Positions 50,021 through 59,815 of a stretch of DNA of 64,000 bases are shown piece by piece; position 1 is the first letter of the stretch, and each line of letters begins with the position of its first letter. Where the stretch lies: NCBI GenBank assembly GCA_964291395.2, contig OZ219856.1, forward strand, positions 736,001 to 800,000, in the 5' to 3' direction. Below the pieces are notes generated by a model. That model saw only the letters and a program-made list of their open reading frames with translations, had not been told where the DNA came from and did no database searches. The position numbers and the translations under genes were made by a program. This stretch comes from Alphaproteobacteria bacterium. Its GTDB lineage: Bacteria; Pseudomonadota; Alphaproteobacteria; UBA2966.

Positions 50021-51928
50021 ATGCCAGCTAAGAGAATCGTTGAATCCGAAGAGATTTCTTTCGACGAGTTCGATGAAATCAACAATCCTCCGCCGGCGGA
50101 AACCGATTTCAGCGAGCTCGCCGAAAAGGCCATTTCGCGCCGCGGTCTTCTCGGCACCGGCATGGCGTTCGGCACGGCTGCGTTGGTCATGGGCACGTCG
50201 GGCCTGACCCCGGTGTCGGCGCTCGCCGCAACCCGGCGCGTCGGTTTTGAGCCTGTCGCCGCCAACGGTCTCGACACCGTCACCGTACCCAAGGGTTACA
50301 GCTGGCATATCGTCGCCAGATGGGGTGATCCGATGTGGTCGAATTCAATCGAATTCGACCAGGCCACGCGCGGCAGCGGCGCCAGCCAGGAGCTCGCGTT
50401 CGGCGACAACTGCGACGGCATGGCGCTGTTTGCCGACGGCGGCAGGAGCGTACTGGCGGTCAACAACGAGTACGTCAATCGGAGCATCATCTACGGCGGC
50501 GTCGGCACGGGCGAGCCGCAGAACGCCGACGACGTGCGCAAGGGCAAGGCCGGCCACGGAGTCTCGGTGATCGAAATCGCCCAGGTCGACGGTAGATGGT
50601 CGATCGTCAAGGATTCACCCTACAACCGTCGCATCACCGCCGATACGCCGATGGAGATCACCGGCCCGGCGCGCGGTCACGATCTCATGAAAACCGCCGC
50701 CGACCCGTCGGGCACCGGGTCCAAGGGCACGTGGAACAACTGCGGCAACGGCCGCACGCCCTGGGGCACGTACCTGACCTGCGAGGAGAACTTCAACGGC
50801 TATTTCTCGTCGAGCGACCCCGACCTTGAGATCGGTGCCGAATTGAAGCGCTACGGCGTCGGCCTCGAAGACTGGGGTTACGCCTGGGCCACCGCGGACG
50901 AACGCTTCGATGTCGCCACGCACCCCAATGAACCCAACCGCGCCGGCTATGTCGTGGAGATCGACCCGCTGGACCCGACGTCGACGCCCAGGAAGCGCAC
51001 GGCGCTGGGCCGCTTCAAGCATGAGAACGCCGACGTCGTCCTCGCCGCAAGCGGCCAGGTGGTCGTTTACATGGGCGACGACGAGCGCGGCGAGTTCCTC
51101 TACAAATTCGTCAGCGACGGCCACTACGTCGAGGGCGGCGACAACGCGGACCTGCTGGAAACGGGAAAGTTGTACGTTGCGAAGTTCGCCGACGGCGGCC
51201 GTGGCGAATGGGTCGAATTGACACCCGCGTCGGCCGGCATGAAATCGCAGGCCGAGATCTGCATCCACACCCGGCAGGCCGCATCCGCGGTCGGTGCGAC
51301 GACCATGGACCGGCCCGAGTGGATCGCCTCCAACCCGCACAGGGCCGAAACCTATTGCTGCCTCACCAACAACAAGAATCGTGGCGTCAAGCCCAACGCC
51401 GGCGGCGACGCGACCCCGGTCGGCGGTCCCAACCCGCGCGAGAAGAACCTCTATGGGCAGATCGTGCGCTGGATTCCGGACGGCGGCGATCACCTCGCCG
51501 GCACCTTCGCCTGGGACCTGTACGTGATCGCCGGCAACCCGTCGGTATACGACGACGCGAGAGGGGGCTCGAAGAACGTCAACGCGGGCAACATGTTCAA
51601 CTCGCCCGACGGTCTTGCGTTCGACGGGAACGGCATGCTGTGGATCCAGACCGACGGCGACTACTCCAACGACAAGGACTTCGCCGGCCAGGGCAACAAC
51701 CAGATGTTGGTGGGCGATCCGGCGACGGGGGAGATCTGCCGCTTCCTCGTCGGCCCCAGGCAGTGCGAGGTCACCGGAATAACCTGGAGCGCAGACCGCA
51801 AGACCATGTTTGTCGGCATCCAGCACCCGGGCGAACGCGGCGACAGCCGTTTCCCCGACGGCGGCGGCACCGCGCCGCGGTCGGCGGTGATAGCGATCAC
51901 CAGGGACGATGGCGGCCTGATCGGCTGA
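50021..51928 (+). CDS. phoX: PhoX alkaline phosphatase (Tat-exported)
   Basis: SRRGLL Tat motif, NCGNG.TPWGTYLTCEEN, GRFKHE, MDRPE, SPDGL, IQHPG. Confidence 0.95.
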   Translation: MPAKRIVESEEISFDEFDEINNPPPAETDFSELAEKAISRRGLLGTGMAFGTAALVMGTSGLTPVSALAATRRVGFEPVAANGLDTVTVPKGYSWHIVARWGDPMWSNSIEFDQATRGSGASQELAFGDNCDGMALFADGGRSVLAVNNEYVNRSIIYGGVGTGEPQNADDVRKGKAGHGVSVIEIAQVDGRWSIVKDSPYNRRITADTPMEITGPARGHDLMKTAADPSGTGSKGTWNNCGNGRTPWGTYLTCEENFNGYFSSSDPDLEIGAELKRYGVGLEDWGYAWATADERFDVATHPNEPNRAGYVVEIDPLDPTSTPRKRTALGRFKHENADVVLAASGQVVVYMGDDERGEFLYKFVSDGHYVEGGDNADLLETGKLYVAKFADGGRGEWVELTPASAGMKSQAEICIHTRQAASAVGATTMDRPEWIASNPHRAETYCCLTNNKNRGVKPNAGGDATPVGGPNPREKNLYGQIVRWIPDGGDHLAGTFAWDLYVIAGNPSVYDDARGGSKNVNAGNMFNSPDGLAFDGNGMLWIQTDGDYSNDKDFAGQGNNQMLVGDPATGEICRFLVGPRQCEVTGITWSADRKTMFVGIQHPGERGDSRFPDGGGTAPRSAVIAITRDDGGLIG

Positions 51929-51998
51929 TTGCGGCCGGCTCCACGGACCGCCGGGCGGGGTTCACCGCACGGTCGAGGGCGGAGACATCCCGGGTCCG

Positions 51999-52230
51999 GG
52001 TAGTGGGTCGGTTTGAAAATGGTTGGGGGGCGCCAAGGCGCCCCCTCGCTCGTCTTTCCCGCAATTCGTATCACTCGGCTGGTCTTCCCGACGCACCTTC
52101 GCGGCCACGCTCGCGACCCGCGACCTGATCCATCGCTCCTGAATGCGCACCCGGCAATCTTGAGTCGGTTTCCGCGATGGGTTTTCGAGCGGTGATCGCG
52201 AACTGGACGAGCCGGGTCAAGTGTCATACC
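51999..52230. mobile_element. Possible IS1-family-derived MITE/remnant
   Basis: Begins GGTAGTGGGTCGGTTTGAAA (GGnnnTG-type end), other end GTCAAGTGTCATACC; internal hairpin GGGGGCGCC-AA-GGCGCCCCC; no transposase, no TSD seen. Confidence 0.3.
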
Positions 52231-52272
52231 TTGTCGGACATCCTGCCGATTGCGGCACGAAGGACTCCCGGT

Positions 52273-52557
52273 GTGACGAGCGAACGGCTCAGCCTGCGAA
52301 TCGACGCAGACCTTAAACGGCGCCTGGAACGAGAGGCAAGGCGCGAGGAGCGTTCCGCGTCCTACCTTGCCGTCAAGGCGATCGAGGCGCTGCTGCGCGG
52401 TCGGGAGGAGAAGAGGAAAGCGATTCGGACGGCCATCGCGGAGGCCGCCGAAGGCGCCTTCATCTCCCAGGATGCCATGGATGCGTGGATTTCCTCTTGG
52501 GATACGGAGTCCGAGTTGCCGCCGCCCGAGCCCGATATCCGCTTCGATTCAAAGTGA
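52273..52557 (+). CDS. CopG/RHH antitoxin
   Basis: LSLRIDADLKRRLE..RSASYL..AI..W..SW..ELPPP. Confidence 0.85.
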   Translation: MTSERLSLRIDADLKRRLEREARREERSASYLAVKAIEALLRGREEKRKAIRTAIAEAAEGAFISQDAMDAWISSWDTESELPPPEPDIRFDSK

Positions 52558-52560
52558 TCG

Positions 52561-52848
52561 ATGAAGCTCGTTTTCCTGCCGTCCACGCGTCCGGATCTGC
52601 TGTGGATGCGCACCTACTACACTCAGATATTCCCGGACGGCGCGAAGCGCGCCGCCGAACACTATGGCAGGGCCTGCCGCGCAATCCGGGACAATCCCTC
52701 GATCGGCCACCCCGTCGAGGACATGGCGGAGATACGAGAGTTCTCGATCCCGCGCACCCCCTTCTCGTTTATCTACCGGGTCGTCGAGGATCGGATAGAA
52801 GTGTTGCGGGTCTGGGATCAACGCGGCGATCGTTCGAGGCTCGGCTGA
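52561..52848 (+). CDS. ParE/RelE family toxin
   Basis: NPSIGH..REF..PFSFIYRV..IEVLRVWDQR. Confidence 0.88.
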   Translation: MKLVFLPSTRPDLLWMRTYYTQIFPDGAKRAAEHYGRACRAIRDNPSIGHPVEDMAEIREFSIPRTPFSFIYRVVEDRIEVLRVWDQRGDRSRLG

Positions 52849-52910
52849 GCGTCCGGAAAACGACCGTCCGGCCGGTGCGGCCGCTGTCCCGTCCGGCGGC
52901 CCGGGCACCC

Positions 52911-53249
52911 TCAGGCATCGAGGGCGGCAAGCGCCTCCGCCCTGGACGGGTGAATGGGGATGAACTGGTCGAAGCCGCTTATCGTGATGACCTTCCGGAC
53001 TTGCTCCGACACGGTGCAGAACGCCACCGCGGTCTCCCGGCGCAGAAGATCCCTGATGAGCATGAGGAGGACGCGAAGGCCCGTGCTGCTGATGTAGGTG
53101 AGGTTCTCGAGGTCCATGATCACGGCGCGGTCGCCGTCCTCGACCACGGCCCTGACGGCCTCCTCGAACTGGGGAGCGTTGAAGCCGTCGACGCGGCCGC
53201 TCACCAGGATCGACAGGACGTCGTCCAGCCGTTCCGTCGTCACATTCAT
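52911..53249 (-). CDS. STAS anti-sigma-factor antagonist
   Basis: GRVD..NAP..DLENLTYISSTGLRVLL. Confidence 0.9.
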   Translation of the reverse strand: MNVTTERLDDVLSILVSGRVDGFNAPQFEEAVRAVVEDGDRAVIMDLENLTYISSTGLRVLLMLIRDLLRRETAVAFCTVSEQVRKVITISGFDQFIPIHPSRAEALAALDA

Positions 53250-53334
53250 CGCTTTACCCCTCCCGGGTCCCGCCCGGCATGATTATGCCGTCCAGGGGTC
53301 GCGTCGGGCAACTTCCGGCCGATTGCCGGCCGGG

Positions 53335-54717
53335 CTATGCCTCGGAGAGCCGGGCGACGAACCGCCTGTGCCAGACCTCGACGCTGTTCGATCGGAGAAC
53401 GTGCATCGACCCCCGCCAGCGCTCCCGCCGTTCCTCCAGGGGCATGGTCAGCGCCGCTTGGATGGTCTTGGCCGCGCCCTCCACGTCGTAAGGATTGACG
53501 ATCAGCGCGTCCGGCAGGGATTGGGCCGCGCCCGCGAAACGCGAGAGCACCAGGACTCCCGGATCCTCCGGCGCCTGGGCGGCGAGATACTCCATCGCGA
53601 CGAGGTTCATGCCGTCCCGCAGCGGCGTGACCAGACCGACCCGCGCGAGACGCAGGAAGCCGAAGAGGGTGCGCCGGCCGAAGCTCTTGTTGAGATATCT
53701 GATCGGCACCCAGTCGAAGTCCGCCAGCGCGCCGTTCACGTGTCCGGCGAGGGCCTCGAGGGTGCGGCGGATTTCGGTGTATTCGGGCACGCCGCCGCGC
53801 GTCGGCGGCGCGATCTGCATCAGGGACACGCGGTTGAGGTTGCGGGGATAGGCCCGCAGAAGATGGGCGAAGGCCTCGAAGCGCTGCGGCAGGCCCTTGG
53901 TGTAGTCGAGCCGGTCGACGCCGATGATCAGACGGCGGCCGCCGAGGCTGGCCTGAAGGCGCTCGACCTCCCGGCTGTTCTCGGTGCTGGCGGCGCTATG
54001 CTCGACATGGCGGGTGTCGATGCCGATCGGATGGGCCTCGACCCTGAACGTCCGCCGGAACGCCCGAACGACCGCTCCTCCCTCGCGCTCCTCCACCCGG
54101 GCGTCCGCCTCGCGGACCAGATAGTCCAACAGGTGGCCGCGGTCCGTCTCCGTCTGGAAGCCGACGAGGTCGAAGAAGGAAAAGCAGCGCATGAGCTCCC
54201 CGTGCACGGGCAGGGTCGCCAGGAGCTCCCGGGGCGGCAGGGGCGTGTGCAGAAAGAAGCCTATGCGGTTCCGGACGCCGAGCCGCCGCAATTCTTCGCC
54301 GAGGGGAATCAGGTGGTAGTCGTGAACCCAGATCATGTCGTCGGGCCGCAGCACGCCGGTCAGCTTGCGGGCGAAATCCGCGTTGACGCGCCGATAGCCG
54401 GCGTAGGTCCCGCGGTCGAAGTTGACGAGATCGACGCGGTAATGGAAAAGCGGCCAGAGCGTGGCGTTGGCGAAGCGGTTGTAATACTCCTCGTGGTCGC
54501 GTTCGCTGAGATCCACGGTGGCGCGGCTGAGCCGTCCGCTCTCGGTCACGCGCACGGTCTCGTCGGGAGCGGCGGCGACCTCGCCGCTCCAGCCGAACCA
54601 GACGCCCCCGGAGCGCCTCAGAGCGGCGAGCACGGCGACGGCCAGACCGCCCGCGGCGGTCTTGCCCTCGTTGACCGGCGCCACGCGGTTCGAAACGACG
54701 ACGATACGATTCGTCAT
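53335..54717 (-). CDS. otsA: Trehalose-6-phosphate synthase
   Basis: [32 protein letters not shown]. Confidence 0.96.
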   Translation of the reverse strand: MTNRIVVVSNRVAPVNEGKTAAGGLAVAVLAALRRSGGVWFGWSGEVAAAPDETVRVTESGRLSRATVDLSERDHEEYYNRFANATLWPLFHYRVDLVNFDRGTYAGYRRVNADFARKLTGVLRPDDMIWVHDYHLIPLGEELRRLGVRNRIGFFLHTPLPPRELLATLPVHGELMRCFSFFDLVGFQTETDRGHLLDYLVREADARVEEREGGAVVRAFRRTFRVEAHPIGIDTRHVEHSAASTENSREVERLQASLGGRRLIIGVDRLDYTKGLPQRFEAFAHLLRAYPRNLNRVSLMQIAPPTRGGVPEYTEIRRTLEALAGHVNGALADFDWVPIRYLNKSFGRRTLFGFLRLARVGLVTPLRDGMNLVAMEYLAAQAPEDPGVLVLSRFAGAAQSLPDALIVNPYDVEGAAKTIQAALTMPLEERRERWRGSMHVLRSNSVEVWHRRFVARLSEA

Positions 54718-54730
54718 GCGCCCCCCGGGG

Positions 54731-56509
54731 CTAGAACGCGTCCTCCCAGGGCTGAGAGAGCTTGATCGCCGATGCGATCAGGCCGACCATGCTGTAGGTC
54801 TGCGGGAAGTTGCCCCACAGCTCCCCCGTTTTCGGATCCAGATCCTCCGACAGGAGGCCCATCGAATTGCAGGACGCCAGCATGTTTTCGAACAGCCGGC
54901 GCGCCTCCTTCCATTTGCCGACGGCCGCGAGGGCGTCGATGTACCAGAACGTGCACACGTTGAAGGCGTTTTCCGGCGCGCCGAAATCGTCCGTCTCGAC
55001 GTAACGGAAGACGTGGTCGCCGCGGCGCAGCTCGCGCTCGACCGCGGCGACGGTGCCGATGAAGCGCGGATCGCGGGCGCTGCAGAAGGAAATCTCGTGC
55101 ATGAGCAGCAGTGCCGCGTCGATCTCGCTGCCGCCGAAGGCGCTCACATAGCTGTGTTTTTCGTCGTTCCAGGCCTCGCGCTCGATGCACTCGCGGATCG
55201 TGTCGGCGCGCGCCTCCCACAGATCGGCCCGGTCCGCGAGTCCGAGACGGCGGGCGATGCGGCCCAGACGGTCACAGGCCGCCCAGCACATGAGCGCCGA
55301 AAAGGTGTGGACGCGCTCACGCCCGCGCAGTTCCCAGATCCCCGCGTCCTCCTTGTCGTAAAGCCGGGCCGCCACTTCGCCGACCCGCTCCAGAACCCGG
55401 AACAAACTCTCGTCCCCGCGCAGATCGAGGCGCTCGTCGAAGAACGCCTGTGCGCAGGCGAGGATGACGGTCCCGTAGACGTCGTTCTGGGTCTGGACAT
55501 AGGCGAGATTGCCCGCCCTCACCGGCTGGTGGCCGCGATACCCCTGGAGCGTGTCGATCTCGCGCTCGGCGAGGTCGGTCTCCATCTGGATGCCGAAAAC
55601 CGGTTGAAGCGTGCCGTCCGGGCTCGCCGCGACGATGTTCAGGATGTAGCGAAGGTACTCCTCCATCGTTCGGGTGACGCCCAGGCGATTGAAGGCACGG
55701 ATGACGAAATAGGTATCGCGCAACCAGCAATAGCGGTAGTCCCAGGTGCGCGAGGTGCCGTTTGCTTCGGGGATCGACGTGGTGATCGCGGCCAGGACGG
55801 CGCCCGTCTCCTCGACCTCGCACAGCTTGAGCGTGATGGCCGCCCGGATCACCGGGCTCTGCCATTCGAAGGGCAGGGCGAGGTAACGGACCCATTCCCG
55901 CCAATAGTCGTCCGTCCTTTCCAGGAACTCCCGGGCAAGCTCGGCGATGTCCCGCTCTATGGGGTCGTCCGGGCCGAGTATGAGATCGAACGAGCGGTTC
56001 AGCAGGAACGCCGTTTCCTCGAGTATGAAGGAGACCGGCGCGTTCGTCGTGAGTCGCAGGATGTGGTCGGGCAGGACGTAGCGCAGATGGTTGCTGCCGC
56101 GCGTGACGACCGGCTTCTCCGCCCCGTAGTTCCCGGCCGGCCGCAGCCTGATGCGGACGTGCGGGGTGCCGGAGAGCGGGATCAGTCTGCGGACCAGCGT
56201 CAGGGGGCGGGCGATGCGGCCGTGCCGCTTGAAGCGCGGCGCGAAGTCCTGGATCTTCAGCGCATCGCCGGTCTTCGTGCGGAGGGTCGTCTCGACGATC
56301 GCGGTGTTCGGCAGATAGCGCTGTTCGCTCGTCGCGAGATCGGCGAGCTCGACCTCGTAGAAGCCGACGGGCTCGGTGGGCTGCAGCAGATCGCAGAAGA
56401 CGGGGTTGCCGTCGAAGCGGGGCATGCACGCCCAAACCAGGCGCGCCCGCGGGTCGAGCAGCCCCGCATAGCTGCAGTTCCCCACCATGGCGAGATCGAG
56501 CGACTGCAT
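54731..56509 (-). CDS. Glycoside hydrolase family 15 (trehalase/glucoamylase-like)
   Basis: WDYRYCWLRD, GIWELRG, LLSED..GNFPQTYS. Confidence 0.92.
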   Translation of the reverse strand: MQSLDLAMVGNCSYAGLLDPRARLVWACMPRFDGNPVFCDLLQPTEPVGFYEVELADLATSEQRYLPNTAIVETTLRTKTGDALKIQDFAPRFKRHGRIARPLTLVRRLIPLSGTPHVRIRLRPAGNYGAEKPVVTRGSNHLRYVLPDHILRLTTNAPVSFILEETAFLLNRSFDLILGPDDPIERDIAELAREFLERTDDYWREWVRYLALPFEWQSPVIRAAITLKLCEVEETGAVLAAITTSIPEANGTSRTWDYRYCWLRDTYFVIRAFNRLGVTRTMEEYLRYILNIVAASPDGTLQPVFGIQMETDLAEREIDTLQGYRGHQPVRAGNLAYVQTQNDVYGTVILACAQAFFDERLDLRGDESLFRVLERVGEVAARLYDKEDAGIWELRGRERVHTFSALMCWAACDRLGRIARRLGLADRADLWEARADTIRECIEREAWNDEKHSYVSAFGGSEIDAALLLMHEISFCSARDPRFIGTVAAVERELRRGDHVFRYVETDDFGAPENAFNVCTFWYIDALAAVGKWKEARRLFENMLASCNSMGLLSEDLDPKTGELWGNFPQTYSMVGLIASAIKLSQPWEDAF

Positions 56510-56732
56510 CTCAGGCCGTCGCCTGGGCGCTGTGCGCCGCGATCCGTTCGAGCCGGTCGGCCAGGCGTTCCCGTAACTCCGGATCATGCAATGGATGGTG
56601 TGTCACGCTGACAGCATATCACACCAATAGTATCGAGCGGGCCGCTCGACCGATTCCCTGCTCGTTTCGCCTCGTGGCGTGGCTTGCGCCGGCCATGCGC
56701 CGCGCCTGCGCCCGGACATCGCCGAGGCGCGC

Positions 56733-57050
56733 TCAGTCGATGGGGTCGAGGGTGATGGCCAGGCGCTTCCCGAGCAGCGGCCGGACCTTGTCCGCCCATT
56801 CGCCGGTGCGGATGGCGGTCTGCCAGGCTTCCGAAGACCTCGTTTCGGCGGAGTCGACCTCGTACAGCGCGAAATACGTGGGTACGTCCAGGTCGCCGTC
56901 GACACCGTTCAACTTGTAGCGCTTCGCCCCGTGCACGCCGGGGATGCTCAACAGCGCCGGGATATGGCTTTCGTTGTAGAGACGGTTGAACTCCTCTTCG
57001 CTGACGCCGTCGGGCTTTTCCATCATTATCATGAGCAACGTCTTCGACAT
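56733..57050 (-). CDS. EthD/DUF4286-like dimeric alpha-beta barrel protein
   Basis: EEEFNRLYNESHIP..PGV..RY..YFALYE. Confidence 0.7.
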   Translation of the reverse strand: MSKTLLMIMMEKPDGVSEEEFNRLYNESHIPALLSIPGVHGAKRYKLNGVDGDLDVPTYFALYEVDSAETRSSEAWQTAIRTGEWADKVRPLLGKRLAITLDPID

Positions 57051-57098
57051 CTGTCCTCTCCCTTGTTGCGCGTTCACTCGATCAAGATCGGCTTGGGG

Positions 57099-58307
57099 TC
57101 ACGACACCAGGAGCCCGCCGGACCCCTTGAGATTGTCGATCTCGTCTTCCCGGTACCCCAACTCCCTCAAAACCTCGGCGCCGTGCTCTCCATGGCGCGG
57201 CGCATGCCGGTGGATGGATGCGGGCGTCCCCGAGAACCGAACCGTCGGTCTGGTCAGGACGGTCGCGCCCTCGCTCGGATGCGTCGAACGGTGAAAGAAG
57301 CCAACCGCTTGCAGGTGCTCGTCCTCGAACAGGTCATCGAGCGTGTTCACCGGTGCCCAGGGGATCTGCGCCCGGTCGCAAAGCTCGGCCCACGCGGCAA
57401 CCGTCCGCTCTGCGACCGCCTCCCCCACCATGGCGTAGAGCGCATCGACGTTCTTGATGCGTGAGGCGTAGTCGCGGAATCGGGAATCTTCCCGCATGTC
57501 CGCCCGACCGGATATCTCGAAGAAGGCGGACCATTGCTTCTCCGTATACGGCATGATGCAGATGTAGCCGTCCTTGGCTCTGGCCGGTTTGCGATGCGGT
57601 GACGTGATGCGGGCATATCCCGCGCCTCCCAAAGGCGGCTCGAATGCGCGCCCATTGATGTGCTCGGCCAGCAGGAAGGCCGCCATCGTCTCGAACATCG
57701 GCACCTCGATCTCCTGGCCCTCTCCGGTCTGCGACCGATGGAACAGCGCGCCGAGGATGGCCTGGCTCGCCGTCAGACCGACGATCTTGTCGACCAGGAT
57801 GGTCGGCGTGTAGCGCGGTGCGCCGTCCGCATCTGCGCCGAGTACGGCAAGACCCGACGATCCCTGAATGAGGTCGTCGTAGGCAGGCTTGGCGGCGTAG
57901 GGCCCCTTCTCCGAGTAGCCATACGCGCCGCAGTAGACGATGTCCGACTTCAGAATCTTCACCGCCCCGTAGTCGAACCCGAGCCGCGCGATGGCTTGCG
58001 GCCGCATGTTGTGGAAAAAGACGTCCGCTGTCGGGATGAGGCGCCGCAGGGCTTCCTTCGCCTCCTCCTGCTTGAGATCGAGGACGACGCTCCGCTTGTT
58101 GCGGTTCACGTTGAGGAAGATCCCTGCCATGCCGTCGCTGCGCTTGGGACCCGCGTGGCGGATGGGATCGCCTGCGCCCGGAGCCTCGATCTTGATGACG
58201 TCCGCGCCGAGGTCGCCGAGGAGCTGCGTCGCATAGGGGCCCAGGACGATCGTCGTGATGTCGATCACGCGAACGCCGGAAAGAGGCCCGGTGGGTCGGT
58301 CGGTCAT
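57099..58307 (-). CDS. CaiB/BaiF CoA transferase
   Basis: PLSGVRVID..GPYA..LGADVIKIE..NRNKRS..AYDD. Confidence 0.93.
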   Translation of the reverse strand: MTDRPTGPLSGVRVIDITTIVLGPYATQLLGDLGADVIKIEAPGAGDPIRHAGPKRSDGMAGIFLNVNRNKRSVVLDLKQEEAKEALRRLIPTADVFFHNMRPQAIARLGFDYGAVKILKSDIVYCGAYGYSEKGPYAAKPAYDDLIQGSSGLAVLGADADGAPRYTPTILVDKIVGLTASQAILGALFHRSQTGEGQEIEVPMFETMAAFLLAEHINGRAFEPPLGGAGYARITSPHRKPARAKDGYICIMPYTEKQWSAFFEISGRADMREDSRFRDYASRIKNVDALYAMVGEAVAERTVAAWAELCDRAQIPWAPVNTLDDLFEDEHLQAVGFFHRSTHPSEGATVLTRPTVRFSGTPASIHRHAPRHGEHGAEVLRELGYREDEIDNLKGSGGLLVS

Positions 58308-58496
58308 GGTGCGGAACTACGAAGGGTGTGCGGTCTCCAAGGGGCCGCCTACCGTACGTTTCCGGGCCCCATTGATCGGTTCCCGAACATTGCCTCTCCT
58401 TCCGGTTGCCGACACGGTTTGCCGGACCCGGGCAGGCTAGCTTCGGGCGATAGGTTCAGTCAAAACAGTATTGCTGAACCATATCTTCAAAATAAT

Positions 58497-59552
58497 TTAT
58501 GTTGATGCTTTTTGGGAGGATGTCTGTCGGCGCTGGCGCCGGACCGTCGTCGGGTCGGGAATCTCCCGGACCCGGTGGCCGGCGTCGGGAGCAAGTCCGA
58601 CCGGCCATGCACCGACGTCGAGACCGGACCGGTTGGGGGGGAGCCGGTCAGGCGACCTGCGCTCTCGTGTCGCCGTTCGTTGCCACCCCGTTGCCACCCC
58701 GCACAATGCGTCGTACATCGCGTCCAGAAACTTCGGCCGGCGGGTCTCGCGCTTCTGAACCAGGGAAACCGTGCGTTGTATGGCGGGCGAACCGAATGAA
58801 ACCAGGTAGAGGTCGTCCAGGTATCGCTCTCCGATCGTGGACCTCGGGTTGATCCCGACCGCAAGACCATGCAGCACCATCATCAGGAGGGTTTCCACGG
58901 TATCGAACTCCATGAGCGGATCGATCTTGATTCTGCGTTTCTTCAGAGCCTGTTCGATCAGGCGGCTGACCTCCGAGTTCCGGTTCGGACCGACGTACGG
59001 ATTGCTGGTCAGGATCTCGATGTCGCTCCGGCCGGCATGGCTGCGGGGAGCGACCACGACCAACGTGTCGGTCAGGATCGGCCTGCTGATCAATTCGGCA
59101 TCGAGTTCCGGAAACTGGGTGATGACCGCCGCGTCCAGACGGCCTCGCACGACCGAGTGCGCCAGGTCGCTCGCGTAGCCGGTGACGATTTGCACCTGCA
59201 AGTGACCGTACCTCTTGCGAAGATCGCTGAGCGTCTGGGGAAAGAAGTGCGATAGGCCCGTCACCGCGCCGATCTTGATGGATCCCCTGAGCTCGCTGGA
59301 AACCGGCGCCGAGTCCTTGAACTTCTCGCACATGTCGACGATTTCCCTGGCTTGGTCCAGGATCAGCAAGCCGGCGTTGTTGAGACGCGGCGGCCTGACC
59401 GATCGCTCGAAAAGCTCGAACCCGAGCCATTCCTCCAGGCGCTTGATTTGCATGCTGATCGCCGCCTGGGTCAGCCCCAGTTTGGCGGCGGCCGAGTTGA
59501 AACCGCCCGTGTCGACGATGGCGACGAGAGCCCTGAGATGATTGAGTTGCAT
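58497..59552 (-). CDS. LysR transcriptional regulator, C-terminus extended by an 11-bp duplication
   Basis: FNSAAAKLGLTQAAISMQIKRLE HTH; (CGTTGCCACCC)x2 at 58678-58699. Confidence 0.92.
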   Translation of the reverse strand: MQLNHLRALVAIVDTGGFNSAAAKLGLTQAAISMQIKRLEEWLGFELFERSVRPPRLNNAGLLILDQAREIVDMCEKFKDSAPVSSELRGSIKIGAVTGLSHFFPQTLSDLRKRYGHLQVQIVTGYASDLAHSVVRGRLDAAVITQFPELDAELISRPILTDTLVVVAPRSHAGRSDIEILTSNPYVGPNRNSEVSRLIEQALKKRRIKIDPLMEFDTVETLLMMVLHGLAVGINPRSTIGERYLDDLYLVSFGSPAIQRTVSLVQKRETRRPKFLDAMYDALCGVATGWQRTATRERRSPDRLPPNRSGLDVGAWPVGLAPDAGHRVREIPDPTTVRRQRRQTSSQKAST

Positions 59553-59668
59553 GGTCGAGTCCGAGACGTGCCGGATGTTTCGGCGTGATGCGGAGGTGGC
59601 GACGCCACGCGGCGCGGACCGTGGCGCCGAACGGGAGTCCGGAGCTTCAGCCGATCGGTACGGCCTAT

Positions 59669-59690
59669 CATAACGGTTTTTGAAGTTATG
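59669..59690. promoter_or_regulatory. Inverted repeat in LysR/dioxygenase divergent region
   Basis: CATAAC-N10-GTTATG. Confidence 0.45.
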
Positions 59691-59815
59691 GTTAAGTGAA
59701 ATTAGTTGGCCTGAACCAGTACCCGCATGTAGTGTGGGCGTTCGTGGGTTCGCGCCGATCCGAGGATCGAGCGGCCGGACGGCTGCAGCTTGATGCCACC
59801 CGCTGGGAGGTGTTC

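Noticed and set aside
58453-58480. Imperfect inverted repeat GGTTCAG..CTGAACC upstream of the CoA transferase
   Set aside because: Could be an operator or terminator but cannot be assigned from sequence alone.
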